Program-made: the position numbers and the translations under genes
Assembly (NCBI GenBank): GCA_036002305.1
Contig: DASYTL010000039.1
Span: forward strand, 185,604 to 249,603
Origin: Candidatus Limnocylindria bacterium
GTDB taxonomy: Bacteria > Chloroflexota > Limnocylindria > P2-11E
Reading direction: 5' to 3'
Length of the DNA stretch: 64,000 bases
Notes under the pieces: model-generated
Seen by the model: only the letters and a program-made list of their open reading frames with translations
What the model was told of the DNA's origin: nothing
Database searches by the model: none
In this document: piece by piece, positions 35,393-45,752 of the stretch
How the letters are laid out: each line of letters opens with the position of its first letter
How positions within the stretch are numbered: the stretch's first letter is position 1

Positions 35393-38300
35393 CTAGGCGC
35401 GGGCGACGCGCTTGAGGTAGCCGCGTGGCGTGCGCGCGAAGCCGGCCTCGCGCAGCGCGTCCGCCAGCGGAGTCTCGTCCACTGGGGTGCCGTCGACGGT
35501 TTCGATGAACAGGGTCGACCTGCGGTCGGGCCCGACCTCACCGGCGAGCGCTCGCGCCAGCTCGATCCCGGTCCGCTCCGCGTCGGCCTCGTCGGAGATG
35601 AACGTGAGGAGCTGCTCCTCTCCGCGCCCGAGCCAGCCCGCGAGCCGTCCGTCGACCAGGATCACGAGCGAGCCGGCGGTGCGCATCGGCCTGCGTCCCT
35701 CGGGGCGCTCCGGCCACGGCAGCGCGGCGCCGTACAGATTCGCGGGGTCCGTCGCGGCAAGGACGGCGGACTGCGCCTCGGCGGCGCGCTCTCGCGCCGA
35801 GCGCAGCCGGTCCACCGCGCCGGGGAGCGCGAACTGCGCGGCGCCAAGCCCGGCCACGAAATACCCGCGCCGAATGCGCCCCGCGTCCTCCATCGCCTTC
35901 AGGACCCCGTACGCGGCGGCGAAGCCACCGCCCATGCCTTCAGAGCGGACGGTCTCGCGGGTCACCACGCCGTGGCGCTCGAGGAGCTGGCTGACGTGAG
36001 CGGTCGTGCGCTCCGTCGTTGTGGGCTGCGCGTCTTGGGCGGTGGAGGTGAGCGACCACCGTCCCGCGACGTCGTCGCGGACCGTGAACCGTTGCAGGCT
36101 CCGCGCGTGCATCGCCCGGCCGACGGAAGAGGTCCGCGAGCCGCCGCGGCGCGAGCGCCGCAACGGCGCGATCAGAGCGCGCACGGCGTGGAGCGTGTCG
36201 TTGGTGACCTCGCCCGCCCAGACCAGGTCCCACAGCGCGTCGCCAAGCTCGGGCGCGAATCCGCCGCGCGCTGCGGCCAGCAGCTGCGGGAAGAACGACG
36301 CGCCGCGCTGCGCGAGGATCTCCCGCAGCCGGTCGTGGATCGGACGGTCCGGCCGCGTCTCGGGACTTGGTCGGAGCAGCGGGAAATGCTCGGCGAGGAA
36401 AAGCGCGACCTTGCCATCCTTCGGCCCCAGCGCCCCGCCACCCATCCACATGACCTCGCCCGACCCAAGCAGGGCGTCGAGGTCGCGCGGGTCGTACTTC
36501 GCGACACGGGCCGGCAGGATCCGCGACTCGAGATCGGATGCGGGCACGAACGCGCCCTCGAGCTTCGCGATCGCGTCGAGCAGCGCGGCCTCCCCGCGCT
36601 CGGGTGCGTCGATACCGTGCCAAGCGACCGCGAAACGTCCGAGCGCGTCCTGATCGACCGGCTCGACCTCGCGACGGAGGCGCGCGAGAGAGCGCCCGCG
36701 GAGCGTGCGCAACACGCCGGTGTCGGCCCACTCCGCCTCGGAGAAGCCGGGGCGGAACTGCCCCTCGACCACGGTTCCCGCGTCTGCGAGGCGGCGTAAC
36801 GCTTCGGCGACCGGCGCGTCCGCGAGCCCGAACCGGCGCGCAACATCGCTCGTCGTGAAGGGGCCGTGCGTGCGCGCGTAACGGCGGACGAGCGAGGCCA
36901 GCGGATCGCTGTCGCTCTCGAGGAATGCCGCCGGCAGCCCGAGCGGAAGCCCGACGCCGAGCGCGTCGCGATATCGGCCGGCGTCCTCGATCGCGATGAG
37001 GCGCCGTTCTCCGGCGATGCGAACTTCGAGCGCGCGCCGCTCGCGTACGAGTTCGCTGATCCAGTCCCCGTACGCCGACTGATCGGCGGCCCGCGCGGCG
37101 ATTTCTTCCGGAGTGAGGTCGCCGAGCCGAAGGAGCATCTCGTGGGTACCGTCGGGATGCCGCGCCGCGCGCTCTCGGGTCAGGTGCTGCAACGCCAGCT
37201 CGAGATCGGTGACCGCGTCCTGGTCGAGGAGCTCGCGCAGCTCGACCTCGCCAAGAAGCGCGCGGAGCTGCGAGGGGTCGACCGTCAGCGCCTGCGCGCG
37301 GAGCTCGGCGAGCGGCGCGTCTCCCTCATACATGAAGTTCGCGACGTAGTTGAAGAGGAGCGAGGCCGCGAACGGCGACGGCGCGCGCGTGTCGACCGTG
37401 ACCACGCGCACCTTCCGCGATCGGATGCCGGCGAGAAGCTCGATGAGCCCGGGCATGTCGAACACGTCCTGAAGGACCTCGCGGTACGTCTCGAGCACGA
37501 TCGGGAAGGCCTCGTAGCGGCTCGCGACGGCGAGAAGATCGCCGGCGCGCTTGCGCTGCTGCCAGAGCGGTGCGCGCTGACCCGGACGGCGGCGCGGAAG
37601 GAGCAGCGCGCGAGCGGCGTTCTCGCGGAAGCGCGCGGCGAAGAGCGCGGTCGTGGGCGCGCCCAGATTCGCGGCGCGCGCGCCGCCCCCGCCGACCGCG
37701 AGCGAGGACTGCACGAGGTCGCCGACCGCATCGGGGTCCGGGAGCAGCAGCTCGACGGGCGGAGGCTGATCGGTCGCGGGGAAGCGCACGACGATCCCGT
37801 CGTTCGTCCAGAGGATGTCGGGCTCGTCCTCGCTTCGCGCACGGACCATCGCCCCGATGGCCATGGCCCACGGCGCGTGCACCGGCGCGCCGAAGTGGCT
37901 CAGGATGCAGACGCGCCAGTCGCCCATGTCGTCGAGGTAGCGCTCGATGACGATCGTGCGATCGTCGGGAACCGCGCCCGTGGCGGCCTCCTGCTCGCGC
38001 AGGTACTGGAGGAGGTTGCGCGCCGCGCCCTCGGCGAGCGCGTGCTTCGTCGTCAGCTCGGCGGTCGCCTCGTCCGGGGCCAGTGAGCGCATGCGGCGGG
38101 CCAGGGCGCCGATCGCACGCCCGAACTCGAACGGCCGTCCGGGGTTCTCGCCGTGCCAGAAGGGCATGCGTCCCGGGACACCCGGCGCTGGCGAGACGAG
38201 GACGCGGTCGTTCGTGATCTCCTCGACGCGCCAGCTCGAAGCGCCCAGCAGGAAAACGTCGCCTTCCTTGATCTCGAAGACCATCTCCTCGTCCAGCTCG

Positions 38301-39946
38301 CCGACACGGCCCTTGCCCTTCTCAGCGCCCGCGAGGAAGACGCCGTAGAGGCCGCGGTCGGGGATCGTGCCGCCGTTCGAGATCGCCACGACCTTCGCGC
38401 CCTCGCGAGAGCGGACGATCCCCGCCGTACGGTCCCAGACGATCCGGGGTCGCAGCTCCGCGAACTCGTCGGATGGGTAGCGGCCGGAGAGCATGTCGAG
38501 GACGCCCTCGAACGCGCCGCGCGGCAGCTCGGCGAACGGCGCGGCGCGGCGGACGACGCGCTCGAGATCGTCGACGCGCCACTCGTCCATGCTCGCCATC
38601 GCGACGATCTGCTGGGCAAGGATGTCGAGCGGGTTGCGCGGATAGCGGAGAGGCTCGACCGCGCCGGCGATCATCCCCTCGGTGATCGCGGCGCTCGCGA
38701 GGAGATCGCCGCGGTACTTCGGCACGATCACGCCCGTGCTCGGCTCGTCGATGCGATGACCGGCGCGGCCGATCCGCTGCATGCCGCTCGCGACGGACGG
38801 CGGCGACTCCACCTGGATCACGAGATCGATCGCGCCCATGTCGATGCCGAGCTCTAGCGAGCTCGTCGCGACGAGCGCCGGCAGGCGGCCGGACTTGAGC
38901 TCGTCCTCGATCTGGAGGCGCTGCTCGCGCGCGATCGAGCCGTGGTGCGCGCGCACCAGCTCCCTGCCGGCCAGCTCGTTCAGCGCCGCGGCGAGCCGCT
39001 CGGCCAGCCGGCGCGAGTTCACGAAGATGAGCGTCGAGCGGTGCGCGCGGATCAGCTCGAGGAGGCGCGGATGGATCGCGGGCCAGATCGACGAGCGCTG
39101 CACCGCGGTGACCGGCCCGCTCGGGATCTCGGCCGGCTCGCCGAGACGCGCCATGTCCTCGACCGGCACGTCGACGGTGAGCTGGAGCGCCTTCCTGCGG
39201 CCGGCGTCCAGGACCCGGACCGGTCGCGGCACGCCGGCGTCATCGAGGCCGCCGAGGAAGCGGGCGATCTCGTCGAGCGGGCGCTGCGTCGCCGAGAGCC
39301 CGATCCGCTGAAGCGGTCGGGGGGCGCTCTGGATGCCCGCCGGCCCCCGAAGCTCCTCCAAGCGCTCGAGTGTCAGCGCGAGGTGCGACCCGCGCTTCGA
39401 CGGCACGACCGCGTGGATCTCGTCGACGATGACGGACTCGGTTTCGCGCAGCGCGTCCCGCGCGAGGCTGGTCAGCACCAGGTAGAGCGATTCCGGCGTG
39501 GTGATGAAGATGTCGGCCGGCCCGCGCTGGAAACGGGCACGCTCGCGGGACGGGGTGTCCCCGGTGCGGATCGCGACCGTCGGCTCGCGATACGGGACGC
39601 CGAGGCGCTGCGCCTGCCGCATGATGCCGACGAGCGGCTCGCGCAGGTTCCGCTCGATATCGACCGCAAGCGCCTTGAGCGGCGAGACGTAGACGATCCG
39701 CGTGTGTGGCTTGGGGGTCCGAGGGGGCTTCGCCCCCTCGACGCTGAACATGAGGCGGTCGATCGCCGCGAGGAACGCCGCGAGCGTCTTGCCCGAGCCG
39801 GTCGGCGCGAGGACGAGAGCGTTCTCTCCCGCGGCGATCGCCGGCCAGGCGAGCTCCTGCGCGCGCGTCGGCGACCTGAAGGTCGTCTCGAACCACGCGC
39901 GGGTGGCGGGATTGAAGGACGCGAGCGGATCACTCCCCACGAACAC
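35393..39946 (-). CDS. lhr: ATP-dependent DNA helicase Lhr (large helicase-related, SF2)
   Basis: 1517 aa. Walker A (LAPTGSGKT), DEAH box (VIVDEIHAV), helicase C, then Lhr-specific WH/C-terminal domains. The lhr-nei arrangement matches the mycobacterial lhr-nei2 pair. Confidence 0.9.
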   Translation of the reverse strand: MFVGSDPLASFNPATRAWFETTFRSPTRAQELAWPAIAAGENALVLAPTGSGKTLAAFLAAIDRLMFSVEGAKPPRTPKPHTRIVYVSPLKALAVDIERNLREPLVGIMRQAQRLGVPYREPTVAIRTGDTPSRERARFQRGPADIFITTPESLYLVLTSLARDALRETESVIVDEIHAVVPSKRGSHLALTLERLEELRGPAGIQSAPRPLQRIGLSATQRPLDEIARFLGGLDDAGVPRPVRVLDAGRRKALQLTVDVPVEDMARLGEPAEIPSGPVTAVQRSSIWPAIHPRLLELIRAHRSTLIFVNSRRLAERLAAALNELAGRELVRAHHGSIAREQRLQIEDELKSGRLPALVATSSLELGIDMGAIDLVIQVESPPSVASGMQRIGRAGHRIDEPSTGVIVPKYRGDLLASAAITEGMIAGAVEPLRYPRNPLDILAQQIVAMASMDEWRVDDLERVVRRAAPFAELPRGAFEGVLDMLSGRYPSDEFAELRPRIVWDRTAGIVRSREGAKVVAISNGGTIPDRGLYGVFLAGAEKGKGRVGELDEEMVFEIKEGDVFLLGASSWRVEEITNDRVLVSPAPGVPGRMPFWHGENPGRPFEFGRAIGALARRMRSLAPDEATAELTTKHALAEGAARNLLQYLREQEAATGAVPDDRTIVIERYLDDMGDWRVCILSHFGAPVHAPWAMAIGAMVRARSEDEPDILWTNDGIVVRFPATDQPPPVELLLPDPDAVGDLVQSSLAVGGGGARAANLGAPTTALFAARFRENAARALLLPRRRPGQRAPLWQQRKRAGDLLAVASRYEAFPIVLETYREVLQDVFDMPGLIELLAGIRSRKVRVVTVDTRAPSPFAASLLFNYVANFMYEGDAPLAELRAQALTVDPSQLRALLGEVELRELLDQDAVTDLELALQHLTRERAARHPDGTHEMLLRLGDLTPEEIAARAADQSAYGDWISELVRERRALEVRIAGERRLIAIEDAGRYRDALGVGLPLGLPAAFLESDSDPLASLVRRYARTHGPFTTSDVARRFGLADAPVAEALRRLADAGTVVEGQFRPGFSEAEWADTGVLRTLRGRSLARLRREVEPVDQDALGRFAVAWHGIDAPERGEAALLDAIAKLEGAFVPASDLESRILPARVAKYDPRDLDALLGSGEVMWMGGGALGPKDGKVALFLAEHFPLLRPSPETRPDRPIHDRLREILAQRGASFFPQLLAAARGGFAPELGDALWDLVWAGEVTNDTLHAVRALIAPLRRSRRGGSRTSSVGRAMHARSLQRFTVRDDVAGRWSLTSTAQDAQPTTTERTTAHVSQLLERHGVVTRETVRSEGMGGGFAAAYGVLKAMEDAGRIRRGYFVAGLGAAQFALPGAVDRLRSARERAAEAQSAVLAATDPANLYGAALPWPERPEGRRPMRTAGSLVILVDGRLAGWLGRGEEQLLTFISDEADAERTGIELARALAGEVGPDRRSTLFIETVDGTPVDETPLADALREAGFARTPRGYLKRVARA

Positions 39947-39963
39947 AGGGTAGCGTTCCGAGC

Positions 39964-40875
39964 ATGGAGATCGGCCTCGGCATCGACACGCGCTTCGCGC
40001 TCAGCGAGACCGATCAGCGCGCCATCGCGCGTGAGGCGCGGGTGTACGGATACACGAGCCTCTGGACACCGAGCGGGAACACGAGGGAGCCATTCGATCT
40101 CTGCGCGCTCTGGCACGCGGCGACCCGCCTCGCGACCGGGATCGCCGTGGTACCGCTATCGGGGTGGTCGATCGACGACCTCGCGTCCGTGGCGAAGGAG
40201 ACATTCGAACGCTGCGAGGGCCGCTTCACGCTCGGGGTCGGCAGCGGACGCGTGACCGACGCGCCGATCCGCGTCATGCGCGAGGCGATCGCGGCTCTGC
40301 GCGATCGCCTGCCCGGCGTGCCGGTCTACCTCGGGGCGCTCGGCCCGCAGATGCTCCGCCTGGCCGGCGAGCGCTACGACGGCGCGGCGCTGAATTGGTG
40401 CAGCGCCGAGCAGGTGCGCTGGAGCCGAGAGCGGGTCGCTGCCGGCGCGCGGGAGGCGGGACGCGACCCCGCGCAGGTGCGCATGCACGAGTACATCCGC
40501 GTGTGCATCGACCAGGACGAGCAGGCCGCGCGGACCGCGTTCGCGAAGACGGTCCTGAGCTACGCCCTCGCGCGACCCGGCGCCGACAAGACGAAGGGCT
40601 ACCGCGGCCATTTCGCGCGCATGGGCTTCGACCAGGCGCTCGGCGAGCTCGAGGACCGTCGCGAATGGGGCGCGAGCGAAGACCAGCTCGCCGAACGCCT
40701 CCCCGACGAGCTGCTTCGCCTGGTCGGCTACTGGGGCCGCCCGGCCGGCGGGCGCGAGGCGTTCCTGAAGCTCGCCGACGGGCTTGACATCGCGGTCGTC
40801 CGGCTCGTGCCCGCGCGACGGAACGACGCGGCCGGCGCGCGGCTGGCGATGGAGGCGTGCGCGCCGAAACGTTAG
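39964..40875 (+). CDS. LLM-class F420-dependent oxidoreductase
   Basis: 303-aa luciferase-like TIM-barrel pattern (GVGSGR...PVYLGALGPQMLRLAGERYDGA). Its start is 17 bp from the divergent lhr start. Confidence 0.85.
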   Translation: MEIGLGIDTRFALSETDQRAIAREARVYGYTSLWTPSGNTREPFDLCALWHAATRLATGIAVVPLSGWSIDDLASVAKETFERCEGRFTLGVGSGRVTDAPIRVMREAIAALRDRLPGVPVYLGALGPQMLRLAGERYDGAALNWCSAEQVRWSRERVAAGAREAGRDPAQVRMHEYIRVCIDQDEQAARTAFAKTVLSYALARPGADKTKGYRGHFARMGFDQALGELEDRREWGASEDQLAERLPDELLRLVGYWGRPAGGREAFLKLADGLDIAVVRLVPARRNDAAGARLAMEACAPKR

Positions 40876-41381
40876 CGGGCGCGCTCCTCGAACGGGACGT
40901 ACGCCCTCTCGGCGACCGCGTACGCCCACACGTCCAGCTCGGGAGCTTCGAGCCCATGCACCGTGAGGATCGTGCAGATCTGCGAGCGGTGGTCGGTGCC
41001 GTGATGCGCGAACTGCGTGAGCGGCACCCACAGCTGGAGATCGGCCTTGCGGCGCTCGTCGTGGATCCGCTCGTCGAAATCGAACTCGCGCGAGGCGAAG
41101 AGCCTCTCGACCGCCTCGCGCACCTTCGCGAAGCGCGAGGCGATGTCGTCGAGCGACGTGCCGTCGGTCACCTCCAGGAACGGCTGCGGGATGAGGCCGT
41201 AGGTGTTGAGATAGCCCTCGTTCGCGCGAACGATGTGCGCGAGAGTCTTCCGGATCGTGCCGTACGTTCCTGGCGCGGTGAGCAGGAGCTGATCCTCGGT
41301 GAGCGCGCGGCAGCGGTCGATCAGCGACTGCGTCGCCCAGACGTCGTGCCGCATCTGCCGCAGCATCGGCGGAGTGCTCAT
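40872..41381 (-). CDS. DinB/YfiT-like (DinB_2) family protein
   Basis: 169-aa four-helix-bundle family pattern ([15 protein letters not shown]...[12 protein letters not shown]...[10 protein letters not shown]). Its start overlaps the stop of the upstream HerA-like gene. Confidence 0.7.
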   Translation of the reverse strand: MSTPPMLRQMRHDVWATQSLIDRCRALTEDQLLLTAPGTYGTIRKTLAHIVRANEGYLNTYGLIPQPFLEVTDGTSLDDIASRFAKVREAVERLFASREFDFDERIHDERRKADLQLWVPLTQFAHHGTDHRSQICTILTVHGLEAPELDVWAYAVAERAYVPFEERAR

Positions 41382-43215
41382 GCCTCGCGGAGCCGATCGA
41401 TGTTCTCCTGGAGCTCGGCCTCGATGTCGGCAAGCTCCTGTTGTGCCGCATCGAGGTTCTCCTTGGCGCGCTTGACGTCCTCGCGCTGCTCGAGCGTGCG
41501 AGCTGCTCCGCGCGCCGCGGTCGTCCCACGGCCGATCGTCGAGTAGCTGAGCTTCCTGCGGCCGAAGATCGCGGTCAGCACGGTGGCTCCCACCGACACC
41601 GCTGTTTGCGCGCCTGCGCTCCGGACCTGGCCCTCCTCGCGCTCGACCACCTGGGCGGCGCGGCGCGCCTTTTCCTCGGCGCGATAGATCTTCGGCGCGT
41701 ACTTCGCTCGCAGCTCCTCGATGGCCGCATCCCGCTTCTCTCGGGCATGCTGGTCGTCGTCCGCGCGCGCGTTCCGAGTGGCCGGGGCGGCCGCCTTCTG
41801 CGGGCGCCGGTCCTTCATCAGGATCTTGATCTGCTCTCGCGTCAGGGGCCCTCGCAGGTACGACATCGCCCAGCGCGATTCGAGCACGACCGGAGCGTCC
41901 TCGTGCACGTCGTTCATCAGGAACACCCGGTTGTCGAGGCCCGCGAGCAGCTCCTCCATCGCCTTCCGGTCGAACGACGCGCTCGCGGCCGCCGCGGCGC
42001 CCTCGAGGCCCTCGAGCACACGCGCCTTGTCGCGCTCCGTCTGTAGCTGCCGATGAGCCACGTCCCCGTGTTCGCGAGGCCCTTGTAGTCCAGGTCGACC
42101 GGGTTCTGCGTCGCCAGCACGATGCCGATACCGAACGCGCGGGCCTGCTTCAGCAGCGTCAGCAACGGGCGCTTCGACGGAGGCTCGGCCACCGGCGGGA
42201 AGAAGCCGAAGATCTCGTCCATGTAGACGATCGCGCGCAGGCTGGTCGTCCCACTCTGCGTCCTGACCCACCCGAGGACCTCGTTGAGCAGCAGCGCGAC
42301 GAAGAACATCCGCTCCGCGTCGCTCAAGTGCGCGATCGAGAAGATCGAGACGCGCGGCTTGCCCGCGGGCGTCCGGTACATCGCCCCGATGTCGAGCGGC
42401 TCGCCCTCGAGCCATCCCGCGAAGCCCGGTGACGCGATCAGGCCGTTGATGCGCATCGCGAGCTCGTCCCGATCCTTCTCCGGATAGAACTTTTCGAGAT
42501 CGAGCGCCCCGATGCGTTGGATCGACGGCTTCTGGATCTCGCCGACGAGCGCCTCGAGATCGACATCGCGACCCTGGGTCCACGCGTTCGCGAGCAGCGT
42601 CGCGAGCAGGATGTGCTCGCGGCTCTTGATCGGATCGGCCGCGACGCCGACGAGCGCGAGCAGGCTCGTCGCCGTGGTTGCCACGCGCTCGCGGAAGACC
42701 TCGGCGTCCTCGCGGAGCTGCTCGGGCGGCGCCGCGAAGGAGCGGACGATTGACACCGGGATCCCGGCCGTCGACCCAGGCGTGTAGATGGCGAAGTCCG
42801 CGGATTCCTTGAGGCGCCGGATCCGCCCGCCGCTCTGACCCCACGATTCGAGGCCTTTCCGCCAGAGCTCAGCCTGCTGCCTCGCGTACTCATCCGGAGA
42901 AACGCCCTTCCGGGCGGCGTCCTCCTCGTTGATCCACGGGCGGAAGTCCTCCGGCCGGAGGTCCGGGAACGTGAGCAGGAGGTTGGTGAGGTCGCCCTTC
43001 GGGTCGATCGCGATGGCCGGCACGCCGTCGATGGCGGCCTCCTCGATGAGATCGATGCAGAGGCCCGTCTTGCCGCTGCCGGTCATTCCGAGCACGACGG
43101 CGTGCGTCACGAGGTCCTTCGAGTCGTACAGCACCAGCTCGGCGCCGGATCTCTGCTTCTCGAGGTCGTATTCGCGACCGAGGTAGAACTGCCCGAGCTG
43201 CTCGTAGTCCTTCAT
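41378..43215 (-). pseudogene. HerA-like (DUF853/YjgR-type) P-loop ATPase interrupted by a -1 frameshift near nt ~42046
   Basis: Track ORF 41917..43215 carries the N-terminal and P-loop region ([12 protein letters not shown]...[23 protein letters not shown]). The family-consistent continuation ([18 protein letters not shown]...[26 protein letters not shown]) is in the frame of ORF 41378..42844. One missing nucleotide after the WLIG codons would restore the reading frame. Confidence 0.7.
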
Positions 43216-44628
43216 CTATGTCTGCAGGATGGGGCTGCCGCGTTTCACGAAGCGGCCACGCCCCTTCTTACCGACGAACTTGTCCTTCTCGACGATGACC
43301 TCGCCGCGTGAGATCACGACGGCGGCTTTTCCTTTCACCTTGCGGCCCTCGTAGGGGTTGTAGTCGACGCGCATGTGATGCGTCTTCGCGGAGATCGTGG
43401 ACGTCGTGCGCGGGTCCCAGACCACGATGTCCGCGTCGCTCCCGACGGCGATCGTCCCTTTCCTCGGGAACATGCCCATGAGCTTGGCGGGCGTTGTCGA
43501 GGTCACCTCGACCCAGCGGTTCAGGGTAATGCGCTTCCCGACCACGCCCCCGTCGTAGAGCAGCACCATCCGCGTCTCGACGCCGGGCGCGCCGTTGGGG
43601 ATCTTCGAGAAGTCGCCGATCCCGAGCTCCTTCTGCTTGGGCAGGCCCTGATACCCCTCGTTCATGCAGAACGGACAGTGGTCCGTGGAGACGACCTGGA
43701 GATCGTTGCGCGCGAGACCCTTCCACAGCTCCTCCTGGTGCCACTTCTCGCGCAGCGGCGGGCTCATCACGTACTTGGCACCGTCGAATCCGGGCTCGTC
43801 GTAGTTGTCGATCGAGAGGAAGAGGTACTGCGGGCAGGTCTCGGCGTAGGCCGGCAGGCCGCGGTCACGGAAGAGCCTCACCTGCTCGAGCGCGTGCGAC
43901 GACGAGAGGTGGACGATGTAGAGCGGGATCCCGCCGGCCATCTCGGCCAGCCGGAACGCGCGATACGTCGCCTCGCCCTCGGCCTCCGGCGGACGCGTGA
44001 GCGCGTGCCACTTCGGCCCGGTGTTCTTCGCGGCGAGCGCGCGCTTCACGAGGACGTCGATGACGCCCCCGTTCTCGGCGTGCATGCAGATGAGCCCGCC
44101 GTTGGAGGCGGTGCGGGAGAGCGCCTTGAAGATCGACGCGTCGTCGACCATGAACACGCCGGGATAGGCCATGAAGAGCTTGAAGGAGGAGACGCCATCC
44201 TCGACCATCACGTCCATCTCCCGGAGGACCTTGTCGGTGACGTCGCGCACGATCATGTGGAGCCCGTAATCGATCACCGCTTTGCCACGCGCCTTTTTCA
44301 ACCAGGCATCGCGCGCGTTCGCGAGCGGCTCACCCATCCCCTGCACCGCAAAGTCGACGATCGTCGTCGTGCCGCCGAACGCGGCCGCGACCGTGCCGGT
44401 GTAGAAATCGTCGGACGCGAAGGTGCCGCCGAACGGCAGCTCCATGTGCGTGTGCACGTCGATGCCACCCGGGATCACGTACTTCCCCGTCGCGTCGATG
44501 CGCTTCGCGCCCGCCGCCTTGAGGCCCTTGCCGATCATGGCGACCTTCTCGCCGTCGACAAGCACGTCGCCTTTGTACGCGTCCACGGCGGTCACGATGG
44601 TCCCGTTGGTGATGAGGATCTTCCCCAC
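43216..44628 (-). CDS. Dihydropyrimidinase / D-hydantoinase (cyclic amidohydrolase)
   Basis: 470 aa. Metal-binding GGIDVHTH motif and the carboxylated-Lys region (FKLFMAY). AAGGGGAG Shine-Dalgarno upstream of the GTG start. Confidence 0.9.
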   Translation of the reverse strand: MGKILITNGTIVTAVDAYKGDVLVDGEKVAMIGKGLKAAGAKRIDATGKYVIPGGIDVHTHMELPFGGTFASDDFYTGTVAAAFGGTTTIVDFAVQGMGEPLANARDAWLKKARGKAVIDYGLHMIVRDVTDKVLREMDVMVEDGVSSFKLFMAYPGVFMVDDASIFKALSRTASNGGLICMHAENGGVIDVLVKRALAAKNTGPKWHALTRPPEAEGEATYRAFRLAEMAGGIPLYIVHLSSSHALEQVRLFRDRGLPAYAETCPQYLFLSIDNYDEPGFDGAKYVMSPPLREKWHQEELWKGLARNDLQVVSTDHCPFCMNEGYQGLPKQKELGIGDFSKIPNGAPGVETRMVLLYDGGVVGKRITLNRWVEVTSTTPAKLMGMFPRKGTIAVGSDADIVVWDPRTTSTISAKTHHMRVDYNPYEGRKVKGKAAVVISRGEVIVEKDKFVGKKGRGRFVKRGSPILQT

Positions 44629-44695
44629 GTCGCACTCCCCTTCGCGCTGGCGCGCGGATGCTAGCTGAACATTTCCCCTTGACCGCCCAAGCGGG

Positions 44696-45133
44696 CTACG
44701 GAGCCAGCTTCTTCCGCGCTAGAGCGACCAGACGTTCAGCGAGCTGGACAACGTCCTTCGCCTCCGAGGCATCGACGACATCGACAGCGTCATACGTCAC
44801 GGTGGTCCGAAGGCTCCGGATGCGGTCCAATCGCGCGCGAACCTCCCGAAATTCTCGCGGTAGGCCGGGAAACTCAAAGCGCGCCTGGTGCGAACCCGTC
44901 TTCCCGCGCAGGCGATAGCCGGCGTGCGCCAGAACCGCGTCAGCCGCGTTCACGATGGCATTTTCCGCTTTGGCGAGCGCCTCGTCGTTGTCAGCGGCGA
45001 CGAGGTTGCCTTGCGCCCGCGCGAGGTTTCGCTGCGCGAGCTTGATCTTTTCTCCTGCGTCTCGGGGACCCACTCGGCCGGTCTGGACCAGCTCGATGTG
45101 CTTCTTCGTCCAGGCGCTCAACTCGTCGCGCAA
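44696..45133 (-). CDS. HEPN-domain protein (toxin-type partner of a HEPN/MNT pair)
   Basis: 145-aa alpha-helical protein with an R-x(5)-H motif (RGKTGSH). It lies immediately downstream of the MNT gene. Confidence 0.7.
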   Translation of the reverse strand: MRDELSAWTKKHIELVQTGRVGPRDAGEKIKLAQRNLARAQGNLVAADNDEALAKAENAIVNAADAVLAHAGYRLRGKTGSHQARFEFPGLPREFREVRARLDRIRSLRTTVTYDAVDVVDASEAKDVVQLAERLVALARKKLAP

Positions 45134-45704
45134 GATCGGCCTCGCTTCCGATGACCCAAAGCTTGGGTTCGGTCATCAACGACTTCAGGAACGCGGACTC
45201 CGCTCGAATGGAATTCTTCAGTTGCGCTTGTGTCCATACCACTGCGTTAACTTCGCGTCCGAGCCGCTCATGCAATCGTCGACTGGTCTGCGCGACAGAG
45301 TCCCAGCCCGGCTGACCCAGAACGAAGAGGTCGATGTCACTCGTGACATCGTCGTCTCCCCGGGCGTATGAACCGAAGATGAAGGCCAACTCGACTCCGG
45401 GCCCCTTTGTTAGCGCCGAACGCAGTTGCGCGGCAACCCCAACGGTACGGGCGGTCAGCTCCCTCAATGACCGGTAGAGAGGATTGGCCCTTTCCATCCG
45501 CCACAGCCGCAAGTTTCCCAGACGCCTGCTGCGAACGACGCCTTGTCGCTCGAGGCGCTCCAATGCGACCTGCACCGGCCGTTCACTGGCACCTATTCGG
45601 CGGATTACCTCCCGCGTGTGAAACTCCTGCCCTGGCGTCGAGCTCAGTAGCTCGATCACGCCGACCGTGGTTTTTCCGCGGATCAGGGGACTGCGGGTCG
45701 GCAT
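44991..45704 (-). CDS. Winged-helix + minimal nucleotidyltransferase (MNT) protein (antitoxin-type partner); C-terminal ~45 aa of the ORF overlaps the HEPN start and may be read-through
   Basis: N-terminal wHTH (REVIRRIGASERPVQVALERLERQGVV) and NTase motif GSYARGDDDVTSDIDLFV (GS...D.D). No in-frame stop occurs before 44991 in this GC-rich frame. Confidence 0.7.
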   Translation of the reverse strand: MPTRSPLIRGKTTVGVIELLSSTPGQEFHTREVIRRIGASERPVQVALERLERQGVVRSRRLGNLRLWRMERANPLYRSLRELTARTVGVAAQLRSALTKGPGVELAFIFGSYARGDDDVTSDIDLFVLGQPGWDSVAQTSRRLHERLGREVNAVVWTQAQLKNSIRAESAFLKSLMTEPKLWVIGSEADLARRVERLDEEAHRAGPDRPSGSPRRRRKDQARAAKPRAGARQPRRR

Positions 45705-45719
45705 GGGATTGACACCCTA

Positions 45720-45752
45720 ACACAATCGTGTTCATTAGGAACACGATTGTGT
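45720..45752. promoter_or_regulatory. Perfect palindromic operator-like site directly upstream of the MNT start
   Basis: ACACAATCGTGTTC-attag-GAACACGATTGTGT is a 14-bp perfect inverted repeat with a 5-bp spacer, located 15-50 nt upstream of the MNT start codon (45704). Confidence 0.6.
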
